Below, in pieces: positions 39,481-47,730 of a DNA stretch of 62,802 nucleotides. Every line of letters starts with the position of its first letter. Position 1 is the stretch's first letter. The stretch is taken from positions 1 through 62,802 of IMG/VR virus record IMGVR_UViG_3300034520_000265; one strand, given 5' to 3'. Under the pieces are notes generated by a model. The model was not told the origin of the DNA. It did not search any database and saw only the letters and a list, made by a program, of their open reading frames with translations. The translations under genes and the position numbers were made by a program. This DNA is from a virus. Its lineage: Duplodnaviria > Caudoviricetes.

Positions 39481-39897
39481 TCAGAACAAATCCTTAAGTT
39501 TTTCGTACATTGCCGGATCAAAACCTGCTTCAATTACTCTCTCTATCAATTTGTTCTTTCTTGAAAGTAATATTTTCCTTCTTTGCATGTTCTTTTCTTC
39601 TTCTAAAATCTTATTTATCTCTTTAATTTCGTTTATACTTTCTTCTTGAATGTTCCTAACTACTTCTTTTTGTGCGTTCTTAATGTTTTCTAATACTTCG
39701 TTCTTTATCTCTTCAACTTTTAATACTGCTTCTTCATAAGTTGTTTTAGAAATACTAAAGCTAATATCAAAGCTTTCATAATTACCCAAGTTTTTAGTAA
39801 AACCAACGAATAAATGAATCTTCTTTTCCTCCTTTTTTGGATTATTCGCTTGTTTTTCCTCCTCTTCAATAATCTTATCCATGAATTCCTCTGCCAT
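39481..39897 (-). CDS. Hypothetical coiled-coil protein
   Basis: 138 aa, GFTKNLGNYES motif, AGGAG RBS. Confidence 0.5.
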   Translation of the reverse strand: MAEEFMDKIIEEEEKQANNPKKEEKKIHLFVGFTKNLGNYESFDISFSISKTTYEEAVLKVEEIKNEVLENIKNAQKEVVRNIQEESINEIKEINKILEEEKNMQRRKILLSRKNKLIERVIEAGFDPAMYEKLKDLF

Positions 39898-39914
39898 AAT
39901 CTCTCCTCCTTTTT

Positions 39915-41543
39915 TTATTGTTCACCGTAATCATCATAATCAGCACGTAATTTAATTAAATCAATTTTGGTTTGTAATAACTTAATTCTCTCTTGCGAAG
40001 ATGCACTTTTTAGCTTAATATCAATTTGTGCAATTTTATATTGTATTTCTTTGTACTTTAATCGTTTATAAATATATTCTACATTAGGTTGAATTTCCTT
40101 ATCTAATCGCATTACTAAATTAGTCAAAAAATCTTTCTCACGTGGAGTGAGTTTATCGGGCTCGTGAATTAGCTTTTTTCTAATTAATTCAGCTGAACCT
40201 TGTAAAAGAATATCCCACTTACTAAATGCTTCACGATCTTTCATGAGCCAATATAAATACCAATGCTCAGCCAATATCTTTGGAATGTTATTTGTATTTG
40301 CTATGTTTTTGTTATCTTTCTTATCACGTGAATGTATATAATCTATAATTTCTTTTTTTGATAATCCTGATTCTTCACTCCACAAATTAACAAATTCATC
40401 AAATTTAGCAAGATTGTTCTTTTCTAAATCCTTTGCAATGTCCTTTAAGAATACAAATCGACTGTGTTGTTCTGCAATATCTAGACTTTGATCATAAAGG
40501 AATCTAACTGCATCAATTATATTATTTGGCTCTTGAATGTATTTTTGTAAATCAACTGCTTTAGCTAGTTCATCTAAATCTTTTGCTCCGTTAATTTTCA
40601 AGATTTTTACATTAAAATCATTCTTTAATGCTGGATAGATTAACCTTTTTGTCGCTTGCTCTCCAGCTGCATCATTATCTAAAGCAATAATTAAATTTTT
40701 TGCAACGCGCTCAAGCAAATATAAATGTTCATTAGTAAATGCAGTCCCCATAATTGCAACTGCATTTTTTAAGCCGTTCTTCCATAATGAAATCACATCG
40801 AAGAACCCTTCTACTATAAAAGCAAATTCATATGTTTTAATAAATTCTTGAGCACGTGCAAAATTATATAATAGTTTACTCTTATTAAAAAAGATTGTAT
40901 TAGGGCTATTTAAATATTTAACTTGTCCTTCGCCCACAACTCTTCCTGAAAAACCAACTACTCTCCCGTTAATATCTTCAATTGGAAATATTACTCTTCC
41001 TTCAAATGCATCATGCTTTTTTGTAAAGCCCCAAGAAGAGAACTGTGTCATATTATTTTTCTTTGCTATTTCAAGTGGCAAATGCTTTCCTATAGGTGCA
41101 TAACCTATCTTGAATGTTTTTATATCTTCATCTGTTAACCCGCGTTTATATAAATAATCTAATGCAGGTCTGTTTTCCGGTTTGTATAATTCTTCCATAT
41201 AAGCTTCCGATAATTCTTTATAGAACTTATAATATCCATGCTCTGCTTGCCTCTTTATATCTACATCTAAATTGAAAAATTCCGCTATCTTCTCAATTGC
41301 TTCTATAAAACTTATACCTTCGTATAATTCAACAAAGGTAATTGCATCACCTGATTTACCACAACCAAAACATTTAAATATTCCCTTTTCATCACTTACA
41401 GAAAAGCTTGGATCACTATCCATATGAAATGGACATTGAGCTCTATAATTCTTTCCCACTTTCTGTAAATTTAAATAATTGCCTATTATACTTGATATAG
41501 GAATTTCTGTTTTTATGTATTGAAGAGCCTCTTCAATTGTCAT
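39915..41543 (-). CDS. dnaG: DNA primase
   Basis: CHC2 Zn finger (CPFH...FKCFGC), GRVVGFSGR, KYLNSP, VEGFFDV, LDND, KDLDE. Confidence 0.95.
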   Translation of the reverse strand: MTIEEALQYIKTEIPISSIIGNYLNLQKVGKNYRAQCPFHMDSDPSFSVSDEKGIFKCFGCGKSGDAITFVELYEGISFIEAIEKIAEFFNLDVDIKRQAEHGYYKFYKELSEAYMEELYKPENRPALDYLYKRGLTDEDIKTFKIGYAPIGKHLPLEIAKKNNMTQFSSWGFTKKHDAFEGRVIFPIEDINGRVVGFSGRVVGEGQVKYLNSPNTIFFNKSKLLYNFARAQEFIKTYEFAFIVEGFFDVISLWKNGLKNAVAIMGTAFTNEHLYLLERVAKNLIIALDNDAAGEQATKRLIYPALKNDFNVKILKINGAKDLDELAKAVDLQKYIQEPNNIIDAVRFLYDQSLDIAEQHSRFVFLKDIAKDLEKNNLAKFDEFVNLWSEESGLSKKEIIDYIHSRDKKDNKNIANTNNIPKILAEHWYLYWLMKDREAFSKWDILLQGSAELIRKKLIHEPDKLTPREKDFLTNLVMRLDKEIQPNVEYIYKRLKYKEIQYKIAQIDIKLKSASSQERIKLLQTKIDLIKLRADYDDYGEQ

Positions 41544-41832
41544 TTCTTAACCCCCTTTTTTTAAAATTTATTACATATTTATAGATCTCATTCAGGTTCT
41601 TTATTGCTTTCTGTTCGTTTTCGTCCCACCTGTCTTTTATTGATTCTACAAAATCATCGTACATATTTAATAATTCAATAATTTTATTTTGTTCTTCTTC
41701 GGTTATATCTTTCCATACTTTGTTTATTGCATTAAACAATTTATGCAATTCAATTTTGTATATTTCACTTGGTTTATAACCAATAAAATACATTTTTACA
41801 CCTCCTCCCATTATTGTTGCTTCTGCAACCAT
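41533..41832 (-). CDS. Small hypothetical protein
   Basis: Between dnaB and dnaG; likely start MYFIG after GGAGGTG. Confidence 0.5.
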   Translation of the reverse strand: MVAEATIMGGGVKMYFIGYKPSEIYKIELHKLFNAINKVWKDITEEEQNKIIELLNMYDDFVESIKDRWDENEQKAIKNLNEIYKYVINFKKRGLRNDN

Positions 41833-43091
41833 TCCTGTAATGTATAAAAATATTGATTAGGCATATCAAACCACAGATAAGCCTCTCCTGTTGCACCATT
41901 TCTCTGTTTTGCAATTATTACTTCTGTATATTCTCGCGCTTCAATGTATTTACTTGGATTAATTTCGTCCAGAGGCTTATCTTTATTAGGGCGCCATACA
42001 AGTAAAATAATATCAGCGTCTTGTTCAATTGAACCTGATTCTCTTAGTTCGGCCATGGTTGGACGCTTGTTCTCTCTCTTTTCTGATTCCCTGTTTAATT
42101 GACTCGCTGTAATTAATATTGTTCCAGTAGTTTTTGCAAAGAATTTTAATGTATTACTAATCTTTCCAACTTCTTCTACTCTAGAATGACCTTTTGCAGT
42201 AATTAACTGCAAATAATCCACAAATAATACTTTAACTTGATGATTATAAACCAAGGCATGGAGAGCATTTTCAATATTCTCAATATGATTATTTCTAATT
42301 TTACCAAAATAAATAGGTAATTCAAATAAATACTTCTGAGCTTTGAGCATTATACTCTTGAATGTATCTTCATCCATTTCGGAATATCCTGAATACAAAT
42401 TATATCTTTTATGTTCATTCGGAATAAATCTTGCGGCCATTCTCGCAAGCAGAGCAGTTTCAGGCATTTCTACTGATACAAATCCAACGGGTATACCCCG
42501 TTCTGCAAAACGCTCTGCTATAGTTAAAAGTAAAGCTGTTTTACCTACACTTGGTCTGGCCGCAACAACTATCATTTCACCACCTAACAACCCACTTATT
42601 TGCTCATCAAATAAAGGCAATTGAAGACCACCTGTTTCACGCAGTTTTGACATTTCAAGTACAAACGATGAAAAAATTTCATCGATAGCTTCAACGTTAT
42701 TTTGATTGCCTAAACTAGCAATAACATCTAATAATTTTGATTTCGATTCATTTAAATTATCTACAGAGGTGGTTTCAATGAGTTGTTTTAGACTATTTTT
42801 GAATCTTTCAGTTTCTCTCTTTTTGTTATAGTCTTCTACAAGATCTGAAAGCTGTTTTGGACTCTTTGCATTATCCAAAAATAAATTAATATCATACCCC
42901 AAATTCTCAATTCTTTCTGATAACAACTGATATGAAGTTGATTCAGCTTTGATTAATAAACTTTTTAAAGGTTCAAATTCAGGTGGGACATCTAAATTAA
43001 GAAGGATAAAACGATGTTCTGGGTGAAGAAGTACTGTACCAAAAATACCATACAACGATAAAGAATAATCTTCTTGCTTTATCTCTGGCAT
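41811..43091 (-). CDS. dnaB: Replicative DNA helicase
   Basis: AARPSVGKT, SVEM, FVDYLQL, SQLNR, ELRESGSIEQDAD, IAKQRNG. Confidence 0.95.
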   Translation of the reverse strand: MPEIKQEDYSLSLYGIFGTVLLHPEHRFILLNLDVPPEFEPLKSLLIKAESTSYQLLSERIENLGYDINLFLDNAKSPKQLSDLVEDYNKKRETERFKNSLKQLIETTSVDNLNESKSKLLDVIASLGNQNNVEAIDEIFSSFVLEMSKLRETGGLQLPLFDEQISGLLGGEMIVVAARPSVGKTALLLTIAERFAERGIPVGFVSVEMPETALLARMAARFIPNEHKRYNLYSGYSEMDEDTFKSIMLKAQKYLFELPIYFGKIRNNHIENIENALHALVYNHQVKVLFVDYLQLITAKGHSRVEEVGKISNTLKFFAKTTGTILITASQLNRESEKRENKRPTMAELRESGSIEQDADIILLVWRPNKDKPLDEINPSKYIEAREYTEVIIAKQRNGATGEAYLWFDMPNQYFYTLQEWLQKQQ

Positions 43092-43124
43092 AAAACTACA
43101 CCTCCCGTGCTTTTCTACTCAAAA

Positions 43125-43133
43125 ATTCTAACA
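43125..43133 (-). promoter_or_regulatory. Extended -10 element TGTTAGAAT upstream of dnaB
   Basis: TGnTAGAAT about 35 nt before the start; no well-spaced -35. Confidence 0.4.
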
Positions 43134-43231
43134 TGAAAACAAAAAACAAGTTGCAATCTACTCCCCATGCCTAATAATAATAATAATAATCATTTTGTAT
43201 ATAACAAGAAATAGTCGTTTTTTGTAAAACT

Positions 43232-43260
43232 TCATCAAAGAATTCAAGTAATGATAAAAT
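43232..43260 (+). promoter_or_regulatory. Putative late promoter TCATCA-N17-TAAAAT
   Basis: One mismatch to the YCRRCA motif; upstream of the KxA peptide cluster. Confidence 0.4.
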
Positions 43261-43283
43261 CAGAAAATAGAGGAGGGATTAAG

Positions 43284-43643
43284 ATGAATCATGCCTTAAT
43301 TAAACAAGCTCAATTATTAACAGAACAGCTAAAAAAAGAGGCGGAGCAAAAGGAAGCGTCATTAGCTAATGTATTTAAACCTTTTGCTAAATCACTTTCC
43401 AAATATATTCAAAAAGGAATGTATAAAATCACACCTACTTTGAATAAAACAAAGAAATGGTATAAAAAACAGCCGAAACTTGTTCAAAATATATTACGAA
43501 CAGCAGGTGATGCAACTATGTTCGGTATAGCTTCAGTTCCTGTTTCTTTAGCAACTGATGCAGCTCTTACAGGATATCGCGCATCATTAGAAAAGAAATA
43601 TAATCTTACTAATCAATACAACAAACAATTAAATAAAATTTAG
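43284..43643 (+). CDS. KxA-leader cationic amphipathic protein 1
   Basis: GGAGGG RBS before MNHALIKQAQ; KQA, KEA, KEA, then a basic amphipathic region and hydrophobic ATMFGIASVPVSLA. Confidence 0.6.
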   Translation: MNHALIKQAQLLTEQLKKEAEQKEASLANVFKPFAKSLSKYIQKGMYKITPTLNKTKKWYKKQPKLVQNILRTAGDATMFGIASVPVSLATDAALTGYRASLEKKYNLTNQYNKQLNKI

Positions 43644-43652
43644 AGGGGAGGA

Positions 43653-44018
43653 TTGATTCGTATGAGTGTAGAACACATAAAATTAGCACAAGCTACAAAA
43701 AAAGCACAAGAAATAATTGCAAACAGAAGTGAAAAAATACAATATGCATTAGAATTAACTAGAAGCCTTCAAAAAGAGGCGGCATGGGGAGATATATTTA
43801 AAACGATGGGGCAACATTTAAAGGATATATCAAGGAAGCTCAAGATAAATAAAGTTAAACCTCCAATTCAAAAAGTAAAATTACAAAATCCTTACATACA
43901 AAAAACGAAGAACTTCCTAAAGAATAATAAGAAGCTGCTCATAGCTAGTGGAGCTTCCGGTTTAACAGGAGGAATAATCGGTGCACAAATAGCTAAAAAT
44001 CAGAACAAACAGCAATGA
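43653..44018 (+). CDS. KxA-leader cationic amphipathic protein 2
   Basis: KLA, KKA, KEA, then AWGDIFKTMGQHLK... and Gly-rich LLIASGASGLTGGIIGA. Confidence 0.6.
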   Translation: MIRMSVEHIKLAQATKKAQEIIANRSEKIQYALELTRSLQKEAAWGDIFKTMGQHLKDISRKLKINKVKPPIQKVKLQNPYIQKTKNFLKNNKKLLIASGASGLTGGIIGAQIAKNQNKQQ

Positions 44019-44034
44019 GTGAGGTGAAAATAAT

Positions 44035-44559
44035 ATGACGCCATTAGAGCGAGAGTTTATTATAAATACCCTGCTTATTAAAGAAGCAGGTATGAACCCT
44101 ATTAGAAATTATCAAGCCAAGAAATACACACAAGCATTAGGAAAGAGTTTCAAATCAGCATTAAAAAGTTCTGCGCTATTCAGTTTGGCTTTTATGCCTT
44201 TAAGTTTGTATTCTGTTAATCAGCAAGTAAAAGCTAAGGCACAACAGCTAAATGCAGCCAAACCGCCTAATATTAATCAGATACCTAATCAAACATATAA
44301 GTTAAATCGTATAAACACCTTGCAAAAGCAAGCGAGTATATTTCAACAACCAAAACAATTAAAGAAAAAGAAAAATATTGCACAAGCATTTAACCCAAAG
44401 AATATGGCCAAATCATTTGGAAAAAGCTTTGTTGATTTAGGTGTATATTCTGGAGTAAGTTCTGTAACTGATAAAATATTTAATCCTATATATAAAGCAA
44501 ACAATAAAATCTGGTCTAAAATATTCAAAGCGCTGCCTGAGAGATTCTACCAACAGTAA
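44035..44559 (+). CDS. KxA-delimited two-module cationic protein 3
   Basis: Module after KEA contains ALGKSF; module after KQA contains SFGKSF. Confidence 0.6.
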   Translation: MTPLEREFIINTLLIKEAGMNPIRNYQAKKYTQALGKSFKSALKSSALFSLAFMPLSLYSVNQQVKAKAQQLNAAKPPNINQIPNQTYKLNRINTLQKQASIFQQPKQLKKKKNIAQAFNPKNMAKSFGKSFVDLGVYSGVSSVTDKIFNPIYKANNKIWSKIFKALPERFYQQ

Positions 44560-44582
44560 AAAGCCCCATTAACGGGGCTTTT
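44559..44582 (+). terminator. Intrinsic terminator
   Basis: AAAAGCCCC-ATTAAC-GGGGCTTTT. Confidence 0.8.
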
Positions 44583-44588
44583 CTTATC

Positions 44589-45011
44589 TTGCTCCAGCTT
44601 CTAACTTCCATTGTTCATGATATAATAAAAATGAAAATAAAAAAGGGGGAATTAGTTATGGTTGAATATCAAGTAATTGATTTAGATAATTTAGATTATT
44701 CAAGAGTAAAATCTATACCAAAAATCAATCCAAATAAAGTTATAGTTACAGCACAATCAATTAATAAGAATTATATTATATTTCTAAATTTAGTTGAATG
44801 GCTTTATCGAAATAGATTACGAGTAATTGTAAAATTAAAGCATATGGACTTCAGTTTATTAAAACTTACTCGGTTCAGAGAAGCCTTAAGTAAAATACAC
44901 GGCTTATATATAAACGAAAAAGAAATGGATATAGAACAACTCTTAAAAAGCTACGAAAAAGTTATGGACGCAAATATGCAAGAGCTAATTTTATTATTGA
45001 ACAAAATCTAA
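44589..45011 (+). CDS. Hypothetical protein
   Basis: Likely start MVEYQ after GGGGGA; TGATATAAT at 44618-44626 suggests its own promoter. Confidence 0.5.
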   Translation: MLQLLTSIVHDIIKMKIKKGELVMVEYQVIDLDNLDYSRVKSIPKINPNKVIVTAQSINKNYIIFLNLVEWLYRNRLRVIVKLKHMDFSLLKLTRFREALSKIHGLYINEKEMDIEQLLKSYEKVMDANMQELILLLNKI

Positions 45012-45970
45012 AGTCTTGGAGCAAAGTTATGCGATTCTCTTTCTGGATTAATTTTAAATTTCTCAAGTAAATTTGGATTAGGTACTTCGGTACAAACCAA
45101 TTTATAAGCAACGGGAACCACACCTAAGCGAATTGGACTCACTTCTGATACTTTTAAAAATAAACCCAAACTATTCACATAAATTAAGTCTTCAGGTGAC
45201 AATATAATATCCGCTGGAAGTAATAAATACCATGACTTATTGAATTGTATAAATGGATTATTATTTTTCTGCTTTTGTGGTAGTGAAACCAAAAAGGCTT
45301 GTGTGAAAATTGGTTTATTATATCCTCCTTGATAACCTGTTCCGAAGCATTCGGGACAATATGGATCTGAAGCTTTTCTTAAAGCATGATTAAAACATCT
45401 CGGACATTTTGCACCACCATATTTAACTGTAAAAATATTAACGTTTACCCCTTGGTACTTCATAAATAATTGTTTAATCGTATCAATTGCATAATCATGT
45501 AATAAATCTTCAGTATTAACAACTGGAATATAAATTCCGGGCATTTCATTATAAACATTAGGTGTTTCGGTTTCAACTAAAATACGAAGTCTTACCGATA
45601 ATTCATATTGTTCATTGTATGTTAAATTACGTGGAATTTGTAGATATCGCTGTCCTGTAACATCAAAGCGTAAGATCATATTATCTGTATTACCAAAGTA
45701 TAATTCCAACCAAAGTAAATTTCCTGCTTCTAAAGCCTTTATATATTCCCATGAGACAATAACATTCTTTTCCGTTGGATATACCTGCATGTTTTTTATG
45801 TATTTATCAAAACCAGATATCTGGTCTTTAATTAATAATGTCTGAGCATTAAATATGGGATTATCATTTTGAATATCTGTTATTACCATATATTTATTTA
45901 ATTGTATTTCTTCTTTTTTCTGCTTGATTAAAAACGGCGTGTTGTTTAGATCGAAATCGAATTTTGCCAT
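45008..45970 (-). CDS. Putative neck/head-closure protein with Zn finger
   Basis: KCPRC...YCPECFGTGYQGGY followed by a head-tail-joining-like barrel (LSPEDLIY...FLKVSEV). Confidence 0.55.
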   Translation of the reverse strand: MAKFDFDLNNTPFLIKQKKEEIQLNKYMVITDIQNDNPIFNAQTLLIKDQISGFDKYIKNMQVYPTEKNVIVSWEYIKALEAGNLLWLELYFGNTDNMILRFDVTGQRYLQIPRNLTYNEQYELSVRLRILVETETPNVYNEMPGIYIPVVNTEDLLHDYAIDTIKQLFMKYQGVNVNIFTVKYGGAKCPRCFNHALRKASDPYCPECFGTGYQGGYNKPIFTQAFLVSLPQKQKNNNPFIQFNKSWYLLLPADIILSPEDLIYVNSLGLFLKVSEVSPIRLGVVPVAYKLVCTEVPNPNLLEKFKINPERESHNFAPRL

Positions 45971-45984
45971 ATACTACACCTCAC

Positions 45985-46098
45985 TTATTGAACAACCAAT
46001 TCATATTCCAGCCACGGTGGTAGTACATCTTTGAGTATTTCTTGTAATTCTTCTTCTGTGACTTCTTCAGGCTTTATTACTTCTATGCGTACTACCAT
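45985..46098 (-). CDS. 37-aa ORF (not in ORF track)
   Basis: MVVRIEVIKPEEVTEEELQEILKDVLPPWLEYELVVQ; overlaps the upstream stop and fills the gap exactly. Confidence 0.55.
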   Translation of the reverse strand: MVVRIEVIKPEEVTEEELQEILKDVLPPWLEYELVVQ

Positions 46099-46646
46099 GA
46101 CCACCAACCTCCATAACCATTTTGTATATTTAAAAATGCTTTCCATTTAGCAGTAATTTGTTTATATTTGGCTTCATATATATTTGCAAGCTGTAAATAT
46201 CTATCTGTTTTATCACTTTGTACAGCAATTTCACCTAATTGCATAGGATACGAATTCCTTGCATCAGTTAAAGCTAAACTTTCAAATACTCTTGCTAAAA
46301 TACCATTTAGTAATATATCAGTTTGTGGAAAATTACATGGCGTGTAATTTGTTTTTATTGGAGGCGTCTGATTAAAATCTTCTACTACCAAATCTAATGC
46401 ATCCATTAAAAAATCATCGGAAATTTGCTCGGCTTTAAAATATGCATTTTTATCCGCAAAATCATTTAAAATCCTTCTTACTCTATTGATTATATTCAAT
46501 TTACACTCGTAAATAGGATTCTTTTCTATTATACCTTTTATTTGTGTTTTTAAGGATTGTTTATTTAATTTCACAGTTACATTTAACTCCGATTTTTTCT
46601 CAATTTCAGGCATATCTTCACCTCCACTGTTTTTATAGATGTTCAT
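46092..46646 (-). CDS. Putative head-tail adaptor
   Basis: Helical pattern VRRILND...SDDFLMDALDLVVEDFN..PP; likely start MPEIEK. Confidence 0.5.
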   Translation of the reverse strand: MNIYKNSGGEDMPEIEKKSELNVTVKLNKQSLKTQIKGIIEKNPIYECKLNIINRVRRILNDFADKNAYFKAEQISDDFLMDALDLVVEDFNQTPPIKTNYTPCNFPQTDILLNGILARVFESLALTDARNSYPMQLGEIAVQSDKTDRYLQLANIYEAKYKQITAKWKAFLNIQNGYGGWWSW

Positions 46647-47214
46647 ATTCTATATCTAATGTAACTCCTATATATGAACCAACAGGCATTATATTTTGTA
46701 TCTTAAATACTTTTACTCCAAAAATTTTCATTTCACTTAGTTCTGGTATAATATATTCTTTGGTTTCTTTTTCTTCTTCATTTTCAAAGTAGGTTATTAC
46801 AGCATCGATATAATCTTTTAGTTTATCTGATATAACTGGTTTTATTTTTACATTGTATACAGGCTCCTCTTCATTTTGCACAAAATAATACATAGTAATT
46901 CCATCTTTTAAATCAGGAAATTCCAAGATGGTTTCTATACCTTCAAATAATAATATTTTTCCTGCGGTTACTTTACCACTTTGTACCGCTGCTGGCTTAA
47001 TTATCAATTTATCTCCTACAATATCATAGTCGATTTCTGGAGTTAACTTTCTAACTTTTTCTGTAACTGCTTCGATAAAAAACACCCCGAAGTTTAATCC
47101 CTGCCATACACGTGATAGTTTATATTCACCAATAATATCTGGAGTTAATTCGACAAATTCTTGTTCTGGTCTATCACCATTAAAACCCAAAGGTCCAATC
47201 TTAATCATTTTCAA
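46633..47214 (-). CDS. Hypothetical beta-rich protein
   Basis: 193 aa, LTPEIDYDIVGDKLII motif typical of phage structural beta domains. Confidence 0.5.
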   Translation of the reverse strand: MKMIKIGPLGFNGDRPEQEFVELTPDIIGEYKLSRVWQGLNFGVFFIEAVTEKVRKLTPEIDYDIVGDKLIIKPAAVQSGKVTAGKILLFEGIETILEFPDLKDGITMYYFVQNEEEPVYNVKIKPVISDKLKDYIDAVITYFENEEEKETKEYIIPELSEMKIFGVKVFKIQNIMPVGSYIGVTLDIEYEHL

Positions 47215-47717
47215 CTCTCCCCCCTTGCAGACATTCCTAATAATATTGCAAATGCTTCGTCTTCTCCTTTGACTTTATGTCTTAAGACTTTTTCTACGTA
47301 ATTAATTATTGCTTTATGATATGTTTTACCTAATAAGTGATAATTTTTTTCATTTATACCCGTTAATGCAGAAACTTTTCTCGGTGATACTAACTCCACT
47401 TTTATATCAGGATAAGTTGCTTTAAACATACCTAATACAATACCTGCCATACGTGTTACTTTAATTGATGATTGTGCATTGACATGAAAATATTGATCTT
47501 CAATTGCAATAATATCTGGTTTTTCTTCTCCTAATTGCTCTTTTACAAATTCTAATGCCTTTTGTGCTAATTCAAGTGAACGTTCTAAATGTTCTTTACC
47601 TCGCTTCGAATGTTTTATCTGAGCACTACCTATTATTTTTCTCTTGAAACCTTTTAAAATAGCTACTCCAATTTTTACTGTACCGGGATCAACTGCTACT
47701 ATGATTTTAGATTTCAA
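47211..47717 (-). CDS. ruvC: RuvC-like Holliday junction resolvase
   Basis: VAVDPGTVKIGVA, IAIEDQY, VSPRKV, EDEAFAI. Confidence 0.8.
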   Translation of the reverse strand: MKSKIIVAVDPGTVKIGVAILKGFKRKIIGSAQIKHSKRGKEHLERSLELAQKALEFVKEQLGEEKPDIIAIEDQYFHVNAQSSIKVTRMAGIVLGMFKATYPDIKVELVSPRKVSALTGINEKNYHLLGKTYHKAIINYVEKVLRHKVKGEDEAFAILLGMSARGES

Positions 47718-47730
47718 TGATATTCCTCCT

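Noticed and set aside
23310-43091. Inteins or introns in terminase, helicases or primase
   Set aside because: Motif spacing and lengths are normal, with no intein splice-junction signatures or split frames.
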